Part shown: piece after piece, positions 9,930 through 19,721 of the stretch
Layout: every line of letters begins with the position of its first letter
How positions within the stretch are numbered: position 1 is the stretch's first letter
Source: an uncultured Planctomycetaceae bacterium
GTDB taxonomy: Bacteria > Planctomycetota > Planctomycetia > Planctomycetales > Planctomycetaceae
Direction: 5' to 3'
DNA: 64,000 bases
Assembly: GCA_963815195.1 (NCBI GenBank)
Contig: CAWFGE010000006.1
Span: forward strand, 1 to 64,000
Position numbers and translations under genes: made by a program
Notes under the pieces: generated by a model
The model's input: the letters and a program-made list of their open reading frames with translations, nothing else
The model's database searches: none
Told to the model about the DNA's origin: nothing

Positions 9930-11243
9930 TCAATTGTATGGGGGAGGTGAAGCCCTCAGATATTCGATGATGGCGTCGGGATCGAAGTGCACCGTCACGG
10001 TGGATTTCTTGGCATGGTAGATCACGTCCTGCACCAGGTTTGGCAGGAGCTTCGATCGGGGCCGATACATCAGCTTTGGCCAACCAACAAAGAATTCCCG
10101 GACGCCGTCGATGGACTTTTCGTTGTCCGACTCGTGGGCGTCCCATATTTCTGAATTTCGGATGGTTTCGATCACGAAATCCTCAATCTCCAGAGCCGGC
10201 AAAGAGACGCTCTGGCAGGGCGGTTTCCCGCCGGCCTCCGACCGGCAGCGGTAATAGCGGTAACGAACGTTCTTGTGTCCGGAGAAGCTCGGGCTCATCG
10301 GTCGCCCACACTGACCACACCGAAGGATGCCGCGCAGCGGCCAATGGATCGATGTGCTCCGGCCGCGGGAGTGTGTTCGGCGAGACGCGACGGCCTCTTG
10401 CACCTGATCGAAGAGCTCTTGATCCACGATTGGCTCATGAATGCCGGGACGGGTTCGATCTCCATCACGGATCAGCCCCACATACACCGGGTTGGAAAGC
10501 GTGGCGAGGATTTGGCGGGCGGTCCATTTGCCGTCGCCGGTGACTTGGCCGTTTCGAGACGTTCGTTGTTTCGTTCGCCAGCGGCGTTTGTTCGCAATCT
10601 CAGCAATCTCCGTCGGCAGCTTGCCCTCGGCGGCCCACTCGAACATCTTCCGGATGCGGTTGGCCTCCTGGCGAACGATGATCAATTGCTTGGTAATGGG
10701 ATCCGCTTCGTAGCCATAGGGCACCACGCCTGCCACGCGCCGGCCGCGGCGCTTGTGAGCGGCGCGAGCATCTGCCAGGCGTTCTCGGGTCATCTCCTGT
10801 TCGAACTCTGCAACCGAGGCGATGATGTTGAGGAAGAACGTGTCCCCCGCCGTGAGTCCCAAATCGGGCAGGGTGACGATTGTCAGGGCAACATCGTGGT
10901 CCCGCAATTCCTGAAGGAATTGGGTCCAATCGAAAAGCCGCCGCGAAAGCCGATCCAGGCGGTAGATCACGACGCGATCCATGCGGCCATCGCGAACGTC
11001 CTGTAAGAGCCGCTGAAGTTCCGGGCGATCAAGTGTTTCTGAGGACTCAGCCACATCATCATAGCGGCGGCCGTTCCAGCACCACCCATCGGGAAAATGG
11101 GAGCGAATAAACGCATCGCAAGTGTCGAACTGGGCATCGCGAGAACTGTACTCATCGTTGGTCGTTCGGGATTGCCGGGTGTAAATGGCGCACCAGCAAA
11201 TCGGCGGGAACTGGTCGATTTGCCGGTTATTGCCAGATGCCAT
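9930..11243 (-). CDS. Large serine recombinase (resolvase, recombinase and Zn-ribbon domains)
   Basis: AIYTRQS catalytic motif, DRPELQRLL, VIYRLDRLSR, AEFEQEMTRER, PYGY, HEPIVD and CGQCG...YYRC. Confidence 0.93.
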   Translation of the reverse strand: MASGNNRQIDQFPPICWCAIYTRQSRTTNDEYSSRDAQFDTCDAFIRSHFPDGWCWNGRRYDDVAESSETLDRPELQRLLQDVRDGRMDRVVIYRLDRLSRRLFDWTQFLQELRDHDVALTIVTLPDLGLTAGDTFFLNIIASVAEFEQEMTRERLADARAAHKRRGRRVAGVVPYGYEADPITKQLIIVRQEANRIRKMFEWAAEGKLPTEIAEIANKRRWRTKQRTSRNGQVTGDGKWTARQILATLSNPVYVGLIRDGDRTRPGIHEPIVDQELFDQVQEAVASRRTHSRGRSTSIHWPLRGILRCGQCGRPMSPSFSGHKNVRYRYYRCRSEAGGKPPCQSVSLPALEIEDFVIETIRNSEIWDAHESDNEKSIDGVREFFVGWPKLMYRPRSKLLPNLVQDVIYHAKKSTVTVHFDPDAIIEYLRASPPPYN

Positions 11244-11256
11244 GTCGGATTCCGCT

Positions 11257-11570
11257 TCACTTGGCCCCGCAACACTTTTTGTATTTCTTCCCGCTGCCGC
11301 AAGCGCAGGGATCATTTCGTCCGACCTTAGGAGTGGTGTTGCGGATTGTTAGCGACGCTTCCCACGGGCCTTCACTCACGGGTTCAGCACGCCACTCCTC
11401 ATCCTCGGCCATCATCTCGGCCCCCGAGGAGATACCAGCCTCTCGGCCGCGATTTCCCTCCTGGTCGTCTGGAATCCATTGAGATCTCGGTGATTGCTCC
11501 GCTTTGAGGGTGGCGATCTGCTCGCGCAGGCGGGCGGCTTCTTCGCCTCGGCCTGTCTCGTCATACAGAG
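11257..11570 (-). pseudogene. C-terminal fragment of a SEC-C motif protein
   Basis: Manual translation gives [18 protein letters not shown]...[24 protein letters not shown], with no intact 5' part. Confidence 0.7.
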
Positions 11571-11756
11571 AATACGCCCGTCAGCCAGCGTGCATTTCCC
11601 ATTGCGTTTGATAAGCCGACGGGTTTCCTCATCCTCGGCGGCCCGCTTCTCCAGCATGCGATTCATCGCAATATACGAAATAAACATCTCGATTTCCCTG
11701 CCAGATGATCTGCAACCTGAATCCTGGTTGGACGATGGACGAATTGAGACAGCCTA

Positions 11757-12329
11757 TTATGTCGTCTTGGGCCGCAGTTTTCCCGTGATCAGGTCATCAA
11801 GTTCCTGAGTCACTCGAAGCTTCTCCGCCCAGCACTTGAGATATTCCAAATCGAGAGCCTCGGCCTGCACCGTGAACACTCCGGCTGCATCATAGAGTTG
11901 GCGTTCCGAGGGGGTGAGCCGGTTCCAATACAGCTTATGAAGCAGCACGTCCTCGGCCGTGGCGATCCAAGCGGGCGTGCCGAAAAGCTCGACCGCGAGT
12001 CGCCGACGAAACATCTCTTGTTCGAACTCCGTCTCACGCAATTGCCAGAAGTCGGCCTTGAGGGCCGATTGTTCGTCGATGACGTTGAACTGATAGGGCG
12101 GCCGAAATACCGAACGCACGGACTGGGGCTGAATAAAGAAGCCTTGTTTGAACCTGGCTACGAATGGATCGACCTGATCCGGCTTCAGGAGAATGACGAA
12201 ATCGAGGTCATGCGTCGTCCTGGGAATTCCCCAGAAGTTGCTGGCCATCGAGCCCGTGAGCATGTAATCCACACCGATGAGATTGAGTTGATGGAGGACA
12301 TCAACCAGGAACTCAATTTCGCTTCTCAT
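11757..12329 (-). CDS. Nucleotidyltransferase-fold toxin (MenT/AbiEii-like)
   Basis: YMLTGSMASNFWGIPRTTHDLDFV NTase motif and EDVLLHKL..R..DA. ATGA-coupled to a small upstream gene. Confidence 0.75.
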   Translation of the reverse strand: MRSEIEFLVDVLHQLNLIGVDYMLTGSMASNFWGIPRTTHDLDFVILLKPDQVDPFVARFKQGFFIQPQSVRSVFRPPYQFNVIDEQSALKADFWQLRETEFEQEMFRRRLAVELFGTPAWIATAEDVLLHKLYWNRLTPSERQLYDAAGVFTVQAEALDLEYLKCWAEKLRVTQELDDLITGKLRPKTT

Positions 12330-12526
12330 CGCTGTCCCAATTCAATCCGTCGGCGCAAATGCTGTTCGACTTCTTCATCCGTGGCGTTCGGGTACTGGCG
12401 TCGGATCCCCGCCCGCGCGACCTCGCAGGCAAACGTATGCAAATCGAGTGCAAGTTTAAGCCGCTGCTCGCCCGTCATCCTACGGTAGATTTCGATTTGC
12501 TTGGCGAGGGCGTCATCGGGGTTCAT
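12326..12526 (-). CDS. Small helical antitoxin-like protein (MenA1/Rv0078B-like)
   Basis: 66 aa, RRMTGEQRLKLALDL...GIRRQYPNATDEEVE, overlapping the NTase start. Confidence 0.65.
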   Translation of the reverse strand: MNPDDALAKQIEIYRRMTGEQRLKLALDLHTFACEVARAGIRRQYPNATDEEVEQHLRRRIELGQR

Positions 12527-12564
12527 TTCGAACTGCGTGCCGCGTTAGAAAGTGGCGATTGCGT

Positions 12565-12870
12565 TAACCAAGCTCCGGAGTTCGTAGCGGGTTACCTACG
12601 GGGTCCATACGCAACTGTGGCGTTAACCAAAATCCCGGCCAAACCAGAGAGCGCGAGAGTTTTGGCGAGATTTGACAGTTGTCAAAGGGCGCCCATAGAT
12701 TCGTTTCGAACCAGAGAGTTTTCGATTCCGTGGCGAATTTACACCGGTCGTCGCAAATCCTTTGGTGGCTTAGAGATTTGCGTCGCGCAGCAAAAAAACG
12801 CCGGTCGCTCTCGCGCCGGCGATTTCCGTAAACCAGGGGGTAACGGAAGTTCGCTACTGAATATAAGGCT
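12565..12870. repeat. ~305-bp direct repeat, copy B, abutting the tRNA 3' end
   Basis: Matches 9154-9458 and includes the post-tRNA hairpin plus T-run on the minus strand. Confidence 0.92.
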
Positions 12871-12941
12871 CCCCGACAAGGACTCGAACCTTGAACCTAG
12901 CGGTTAACAGCCGCTCGCTCTACCGATTGAGCTATCGGGGA
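12869..12941 (-). tRNA. tRNA-Asn (GTT), CCA not fully encoded
   Basis: TCCCCGATAGCTCAATCGGTAGAGCGAGCGGCTGTTAACCGCTAGGTTCAAGGTTCGAGTCCTTGTCGGGGAG folds as a cloverleaf with anticodon GTT. Confidence 0.97.
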
Positions 12942-13405
12942 AGGTGTGGTTATTTTTATGTGATGCATTCTCCCTATGCAAGGCTGGGGCTGCGGTTTTT
13001 CCGGGTGGGGTTCTGAAATCTTCGGGTGATGCCGAATAACCGCCAAACGTCGAACGAGGTGCCACGTCTCCAAGAGAAAATGTGAGCCGAAACGCCGCAT
13101 CGGCGAGTTGGACGAATTGACGAAATCGCGGCCTGGTCCGATCGCACAAACGCTAGGCAGCGCGGGCGTTTTGGAGACCCCAGTGCGAATGCCAACGTCA
13201 GCGATTGCGGCGGTTTCCATCGTTTTCGGGCGAAGATAGAGTGCCTTGTTGGGCGTTGGGCCATTCGTCCGTCCCGACGCGCAGGGGTTTTCCAAACGAA
13301 TTCCACGATGCGGACAAGTCGGGTTCTCGCCCCTCGTGGGAGCCCGAAACTTGCAAACCCAGTCGACTTGGGTCCAGCGACCCTGGTTGGGCGAATCGGG
13401 ATGAA

Positions 13406-14413
13406 TTAAAACTCGCCGAGCACGTTGCCGTCGTTGCGGCTGCCGAGGTTTCGCCAGGTGCCTCGGTTGATGTTCTCGCTGATTGAACGGACGGAGCCGT
13501 CCATCAACAACGAGTTGACCGTGCCGATGTGATAGCTGCGGGACGTGACCGCGGCATAGGTGATCTCGGTGGCGGAGTCGCCTTCTTCTTCGGAGGTGTA
13601 ATCCACATCGAAAACCTGGCCGCCACTGCTGTAGGTCACGACGGCGTTCGGCGTAAAAGTCGTGGTAAAGCCGTCCTGATGGACCCGGCCTTCCACCCAT
13701 TCGGTGTGGCCGTTTGTTGCTTCAAAGTTGCTCCCGCCGAAGCTTGCCACCTGGGTCGGATCGGAGGGCGGCGTGCTTGGCGGGCTGCCTCCGGTCTTCA
13801 GGATCGCCTGGAACGCCTTGACTTCGCTGAACCCCAGCGTATTGCTCGCTCCATCGGTGAAGTCGCGGATGGCAATTCGGGTATTGGGAGCAAACGCCCC
13901 GTTGCCGCCTTGATTGCCGCTGGGATTGTAAACCATCCAGGTCCCCAAGTTGGCTCCGTAATTGATCGGGTACTGCTGGAGGCCGTCGGCGTCGCTTTGC
14001 CGGTCGTTGACCTCGCTGGGGCACATGTAGGTCGGAACCCGGTAGCCGATCGCCGGCACGTTGGCCGGGTCGTCGTAAGGCAGCGACCAGTTGATCAGAT
14101 CCTGCAAGTTGGCCTGGTCCATGAACGGCAACAGCCGAGCCTGCGGTCCCCATTGGCCCCAGGAACTGCTGCTCAGATTCATGCAGAGCATGGTCGGAAA
14201 ACAATTGTAGCTGGAGTGGTAGTTGTGAAGCGCGAGCCCGATCTGTTTGAGGTTGTTCTTACAGGAACTCCGCCGGGCGGCCTCGCGGGCCTGCTGCACG
14301 GCGGGCAGCAAAAGGGCGATCAAAATCGCAATAATGGCAATGACGACCAGCAATTCGATCAGGGTGAATCCGCAATGAGACCGGGAACGGGGCGGACGGG
14401 TAGCGCACAACAT
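13406..14413 (-). CDS. DUF1559 / prepilin-type N-terminal cleavage protein
   Basis: [34 protein letters not shown]...[13 protein letters not shown] and [17 protein letters not shown] (H-X9-DG). AAGGAG RBS. Confidence 0.95.
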   Translation of the reverse strand: MLCATRPPRSRSHCGFTLIELLVVIAIIAILIALLLPAVQQAREAARRSSCKNNLKQIGLALHNYHSSYNCFPTMLCMNLSSSSWGQWGPQARLLPFMDQANLQDLINWSLPYDDPANVPAIGYRVPTYMCPSEVNDRQSDADGLQQYPINYGANLGTWMVYNPSGNQGGNGAFAPNTRIAIRDFTDGASNTLGFSEVKAFQAILKTGGSPPSTPPSDPTQVASFGGSNFEATNGHTEWVEGRVHQDGFTTTFTPNAVVTYSSGGQVFDVDYTSEEEGDSATEITYAAVTSRSYHIGTVNSLLMDGSVRSISENINRGTWRNLGSRNDGNVLGEF

Positions 14414-14539
14414 GTGTTGCTCCTTACGTTTACGAAGATAGACAAACGCTGAGCAACGCGTGGCGGCTGGCTGGCGAAGCAACGGTGGGAGGGGAAGTCA
14501 AAACTCCCCCAAACGAGGCAGGTTCAGATGGAACTGAAA

Positions 14540-14556
14540 TTGAGACTCAATCTCAA
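14540..14556. promoter_or_regulatory. Palindromic operator, Fur-box-like
   Basis: TTGAGA-CTCAA-TCTCAA between the divergent DUF1559 and ECF genes. Confidence 0.45.
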
Positions 14557-14805
14557 CTCATCGGATGATAATCGAGTTCCGCAGATCGTCAAGCGAATGT
14601 TGCCGAAATTCTCCCTAAGATTTCGAAAAACCCTTCTGGCTCGAATCTTTCGATAAACACCTGACCATAAGAGGATCTGGGAACAGTTCTTGTCAAATCC
14701 TGGGTTGCCTCCCCATAATGGTGATGTGCAAAACGCCGGTCCGGAATTTGTTTTGCCACTTTCTGGCGCTCGACATCAAATCCTCTCATCCCCGCACCTC
14801 TTTCG

Positions 14806-15489
14806 ATGTCTGAAAACGAAGCCTCCAAACCACGCGCAGCTGTTCCGAGCGAATCCGAGCCGCCCAATTTCCGCGAACTGGTCAATCGCGTGCTCGGGGG
14901 AGACCGCGAAGCGCTCGCCGAGTTGTTTTTGTTTTATCGCCCCCGGCTGTGGCGGATTGTGCATTTTCGGATGCACCCGAGATTGCAGGGCCGAATCGAC
15001 GCCGACGATGTGCTGCAGGATGCCTGGCTGAAGGCGGAAAGCCGGATCGGGTATTTTCTCTCCGACGCGTCCCGCTCGTGTTTCATTTGGTTCCGCATGA
15101 TTGTGACGCAGGCCTTGATCGAATTGCACCGCCGGCATTTGGGGGCGGAAAAACGCTCGGCGAACCGCGAGCGGTCCATCCATGCCCATTGGGACTCCGA
15201 CTCGACCTCGACCTGTTTGACATTCCATTTGTTGGGAAGTTTTTCGTCGCCCAGCAGTGCCGTGATGAAGGCCGAGCAAGCCCGGCAACTCGACACGGCT
15301 CTCCAAACCTTGAGCGAACTCGACCGCGAGATCCTCGCGCTTCGGCATTTTGAAGAACTGACGAATCAGGAAGCCGCGCTGGTGTTGGGCCTCACCGAGC
15401 AAGCCGCGAGCGCCCGGTACGTGCGGGCTCTGCAACGGCTCAAGCGGGTCATGGAAACCTTGCCGGTGCTGACCGAAGGCAACCGTTAA
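14806..15489 (+). CDS. ECF sigma-70 factor (planctomycete kinase-associated type)
   Basis: RLQGRIDADDVLQD, DREILALRHFEELTNQEAA and RYVRALQRLK. Confidence 0.93.
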   Translation: MSENEASKPRAAVPSESEPPNFRELVNRVLGGDREALAELFLFYRPRLWRIVHFRMHPRLQGRIDADDVLQDAWLKAESRIGYFLSDASRSCFIWFRMIVTQALIELHRRHLGAEKRSANRERSIHAHWDSDSTSTCLTFHLLGSFSSPSSAVMKAEQARQLDTALQTLSELDREILALRHFEELTNQEAALVLGLTEQAASARYVRALQRLKRVMETLPVLTEGNR

Positions 15490-15531
15490 CCTTTGCTCCC
15501 GTTGGCCATTGCCCTTGCGGCCTGCTGCAAA

Positions 15532-16764
15532 ATGACTGAACCGACGTTTGAAGAATTCGATGCCGAGTTGGATGGGTTTCCGCTTTCCGCCGACGATCAG
15601 GACACGGGCGGCGATCGGTTGGAACGGCTGGCGTCGCGGTTTGTCGCAAAAGTCCGCGAGGGGGATTTGGTGGAAACGGACGGCTTTGCCCAGGAGCACC
15701 CGGAACTCGCGGCCGAGCTTGCCGAGTTGCTGCCCATCGCCCGAGCTTTGGAGCAATGGAAAACCCAGAAAGAAACGGAATGCCTTCGCCAGAACCGCCC
15801 GGTGGAGTTTTCCGTTCAACAGCTTGGCGATTGCGAGATCGTCCGCGAAATCGGCCGAGGCGGAATGGGCGTGGTGTTCGAGGCCCGCCAAGGTCCCTGG
15901 AAACGCCCGGTCGCCGTCAAGATGCTGCCCTGGCGGTTCGGCCAGGCCCTGCCCAAATGGAAAGAGCGGTTTCAACAAGAGGCCAAGACCATCGCCCAAC
16001 TTCGGCACCCGAACATCGTGCCGGTTTACACGTTCGGCGAGTGCGACGGGTATTGCTATTATGTGATGCAACTCGTGGAAGGCTCGAGCCTGGATCGCGT
16101 GCTGGCCGATGTTCGCGAAGCAAGTGCGCCCGATGCATCGGCGGATTCCTTATCGGCTTTCACCCAACGGCTGGCGGCCGACCATTGGCCCGCCATCGCC
16201 CGGATCGGCGTGCAGGTGGCCTCGGCGATCGAAGAGGCCCACCGGTTGGGCATCTTGCACAACGACATCAAGCCCGCCAACCTGTTGGTCGATCGGACGG
16301 GGCAGATCCTCGTCACCGATTTTTTCGCCCACCGCCTGAACGAGGAGTGGCAAGACCCGGGCGATCAGGCCGCCGGGACCTTCCGCTATCTCGCACCCGA
16401 ACGCTTGTCAGGCACCGCCGACGCCCGCAGCGATGTCTATTCCCTGGGCGTCACGCTGTATGAACTCCTGACCCGCCGGCCCGCGTTTGAAGGGGCGAAT
16501 CGCACTGAAATGCTCGACCGCATCGCCCGCTCCGAGTTTCTCCCGCCCCGCAAAGTTCGCCGCGAAATTCCCTGGGAACTGGCAGCCATCGTACTCAAAG
16601 CGATGGCCCGCGACCCCGCGGACCGATACCAATCCGCCCGCGAGCTTCGGGCCGACCTGATGCGGTTCCTCGCTGGCCGGCCGATTTCCCTCCCGCGGCC
16701 CGGCCTCTTCCGCCGGCTGATCGATTCGTGCCAAACCCGTCTCGCAAAGCGGTCTTCGGCGTAA
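15532..16764 (+). CDS. Hanks-type Ser/Thr kinase paired with the ECF
   Basis: IGRGGMGVV, VAVK, HNDIKPAN, DFF, GTFRYLAPE and SDVYSLG. Confidence 0.9.
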   Translation: MTEPTFEEFDAELDGFPLSADDQDTGGDRLERLASRFVAKVREGDLVETDGFAQEHPELAAELAELLPIARALEQWKTQKETECLRQNRPVEFSVQQLGDCEIVREIGRGGMGVVFEARQGPWKRPVAVKMLPWRFGQALPKWKERFQQEAKTIAQLRHPNIVPVYTFGECDGYCYYVMQLVEGSSLDRVLADVREASAPDASADSLSAFTQRLAADHWPAIARIGVQVASAIEEAHRLGILHNDIKPANLLVDRTGQILVTDFFAHRLNEEWQDPGDQAAGTFRYLAPERLSGTADARSDVYSLGVTLYELLTRRPAFEGANRTEMLDRIARSEFLPPRKVRREIPWELAAIVLKAMARDPADRYQSARELRADLMRFLAGRPISLPRPGLFRRLIDSCQTRLAKRSSA

Positions 16765-16939
16765 GGATCGCCAACGAAAAAAAAGTCCTTTTTTTCGAAA
16801 TCCGCTGTTGAAGCTCCACCTCCGCTGCGTTTCGGTACTTGGGCCGCTGAATCTTTTCCCCATCCCCTTGACGGGAGGCAAGCCGGTTCGAGGCAACCTT
16901 ACCGGCCCAAGTTCCCCTTCGCAGCAGAGGAGCGACAGC

Positions 16940-17517
16940 ATGCAACATCAGCCAACACGCTGGATTCGAGGGCTCGCGATCGCGGCGGGTTTGATGATCC
17001 TTGGAACCTCGGCAGCCCAGGCCCAATGTATGCGCGGCGGCGGGGCCGATCCCGGCACAGGCGGGGCGGCGTCCCTTCCCGGGCAGGGCGCGGGCGGCGG
17101 AGCGGACCGCATCGGCGGCGGGGCGCGGGCGGCCTTCAACAGGCGATGCAAATGATGCAGATGGCCCAGATGGTCCAGCAAATGCGGCAGATGCAGTACC
17201 AGCGGATGATGATGATTCGAGAACAGCAGTTGCAATACGTGGCCCAACAACGCCAGCAGCAGCAAGAGCGCCTGCGGGTCCTCCGGGAAACGCGTTCCCA
17301 AAAGGCCAAGTCAAAAAAGCACAAGAACGACCAGCAATTGGCCGAAGGCAGTGCCGACTCGCCGGGAAATGACGACTCGCAAACTCCCGACGCCGCGGCC
17401 TCCGATTCGAGCGTTTCCGGGAGTCAAAATTCCCCGCCCCAACTGAAGGCGGCAGGACCCCAAACATCGCAGCGACCCGCCGCCCGCCGGCCGCAAAACC
17501 GCCGCCGCAATTTTTAG
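16940..17517 (+). CDS. Secreted low-complexity Gly/Met/Gln-rich protein (frameshifted in a G-rich tract)
   Basis: GAGGAG RBS and signal peptide ending AAQA. QQAMQMMQMAQMVQQMRQMQ continues in another frame. Confidence 0.55.
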
Positions 17518-17712
17518 CACACCGACAAATCCCCGTGGACCGTGCTCCAGGCGGTTTCGATGCCCCACCCTCCCGGCCGATGGCACGGTCCACGGTTTTT
17601 GCTTCACGCATGCGGTGATTCGGCGATTCTTCGTACCCGCCGACCGGAGCACCAATGTGCTGAATCTTTCGGCAGTTAGAAGCCACCGCTACGACTTTCC
17701 ATCACTCGCCGG

Positions 17713-18677
17713 TTAATCCTGGACATTTCCCGTCGAGACGGTTTCCCGCAGAATCATGCCGTCCGCACTTCCATTCGGCTGAGAACTCAACCACACATCG
17801 GCTTGTTCCCGGCGCTTTGGGGACGAATAGGTCGCGGTCCAGGTCGATTCGGTTTTCGACCACGATCGCGTTTTTGTCCAATCCCCCCGGGCAAACCAAT
17901 CGTCGAAATGCGTTTGCCAGTCGCGGAGCGAGCCGGGGCCGCGAAATGCGAGCCACGTACTCCCGTCGGCGTCATGAATGGCCTGGATCAGCCGGCATCT
18001 CGCCGGGAGCGGAATGCCTTCCTGGTTTCGCGAGTCGGACGTATTGAATCCCGTGGACAAGAGAACGATCACCATCCAATCTTCGGCCGACTTGGGAAAC
18101 GCCCGCGCCCAGCACACGACTCGCGCGGAATCTTTTCGCTTGGATGATCCCGAGTCGGGTTTGGCGATCAGCAGCATCGGCAAATCGGGGCCGAAGTGGT
18201 AGACCGCCTCACCGCCGGGAAAAGTGCGCGACGGGGGCACTTTTTCAAGCTCGGCGAGCAGCTTCGCCTCGGCATGGCTGGCGGGTTTCGAGGCAAACGA
18301 ATTTCTGCAAGCCGATCGAGGACGATTTGCTCCAGTTGCTCGGCGGCGGATTGGGCATCGCCCTTCACCATCTGATGATGGATCGCGTAATCCAGATCGC
18401 CCAACTCGAGCGTGACGCCTCGCCCGCCGCCGCCCCACAGCCGGGCTTGCGCGACCGGGGGGATGTTGGAGGAAACCTCGTCGGGCGAGGTGTTCCACCA
18501 GCGGGCCAGCTTTCCGCCCACCGCCAAAAGTCCGACGGCCAAAATTGCAACCGCCAGAACATCGGTGGTCCGCCGACTGATGCTGCGGGCCGCCTTGGCG
18601 AAACCGCTCGCGGGTTCGGGCGGCGGAATCTGGGCTTCAGGCGGGGCGTCCGGGATGTCTTCAGGCGGGTCCGTCAT
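17713..18677 (-). CDS. Membrane-anchored hypothetical protein (frameshift ~18270)
   Basis: TM helix VLAVAILAVGLLAVG in the 18168-18692 frame continues in the 17713-18498 frame. Confidence 0.55.
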
Positions 18678-18698
18678 GCGGCGTGGGTTCAACTGGCA

Positions 18699-19697
18699 TT
18701 ATTGTCGAGGGGGAAGTGACGCCTTGAATTTCTGAACCTGATCGCGTTTGGCTTTCAACTGGTCGATCAGCATTTGCGCACCCGCCGGTTGGGGATCGAG
18801 CCTTTCCAACCGAGATATGACCTGTTGGTATTTTCCAATGTAATAATCGGAAACGGAATGCGGGACGTTGCGGATCGCGCGCAGCAAGGGGTTCACTTTC
18901 GCGGACCGCACGGTGCCGGGGTTGGCTTCGCAATAGTCGGGAACACGGGTGCTGACTTGCGGAATCCTGGTCATCCGCCAATCGTTTTTGGTCAACAGTG
19001 TCGGCTGAAAATTGGGAGACCGATCGCCCGTCAAATCGTAGATTTCCGGATCGCCGCCGGTCAAAGGCAACAGCGCGGACTCGTTCGGATCGAAAGCCAC
19101 CACGATCGCCGCTTCATGGTAATCGTCGACTTCATCCGGCGACCGCATCTGGAGGAGCAGCGGATACAGGCCCAACACCCGGCGGGTCGTGTTGCTGGGG
19201 AGATTCATGCTGGGATACTGAAACCGCGTCCCGTCAAAGATCACATGATCGCGGCCAAATTTCGCCTCCCCCGGCAAGCTTTGGAGCAAGGGATACGGCC
19301 GGCGGATTTTCGCAAAGCCGTCCCGCAATTGGGGTCGCATGTTGAGATTGTTCGGAAGCACGGGAAGAAACTCGCCCGTCACGGGATCGGCGAGCATCGG
19401 CCCGCGCACCACCGGATGCCCCGCATAGGGATCGAAAGGCACCGGCGAAGGCGCAGCCGACGAGAATTGAAGGGCCGCGTCTTGCGGCCAGTTGGGAGGA
19501 TGCGGGTCTTTGGCCCCGGTCCGCTGTTCCAAGGCCCGCCACGCCGCCTGCCGCGAGTTGATCTGCGTCCGCAGCTTCCAGGCGCCCGCGGTGCCCATGT
19601 TGATCATGAGCGCCATTACGAACAGCAAAATGGGCAACACGAGCACCAACTCCAAAGGAGCCAAACCGGCGCGGCGTGTTGCCCGGGGCGTGTTCAT
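18699..19697 (-). CDS. TadE-like pseudopilin / pilus assembly protein
   Basis: RRAGLAPLELVLVLPILLFVMALM matches the TadE-type G-x4-E processing site plus TM helix. Confidence 0.7.
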   Translation of the reverse strand: MNTPRATRRAGLAPLELVLVLPILLFVMALMINMGTAGAWKLRTQINSRQAAWRALEQRTGAKDPHPPNWPQDAALQFSSAAPSPVPFDPYAGHPVVRGPMLADPVTGEFLPVLPNNLNMRPQLRDGFAKIRRPYPLLQSLPGEAKFGRDHVIFDGTRFQYPSMNLPSNTTRRVLGLYPLLLQMRSPDEVDDYHEAAIVVAFDPNESALLPLTGGDPEIYDLTGDRSPNFQPTLLTKNDWRMTRIPQVSTRVPDYCEANPGTVRSAKVNPLLRAIRNVPHSVSDYYIGKYQQVISRLERLDPQPAGAQMLIDQLKAKRDQVQKFKASLPPRQ

Positions 19698-19721
19698 GGG
19701 GATGTCTTCGGGAGGTTCTCT

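Noticed and set aside
7461..12870. Repeats considered as a CRISPR array or canonical integron attC sites
   Set aside because: Spacing is kilobase-scale, there are no cas or intI genes, and no RYYYAAC...GTTRRRY attC hairpins were found.
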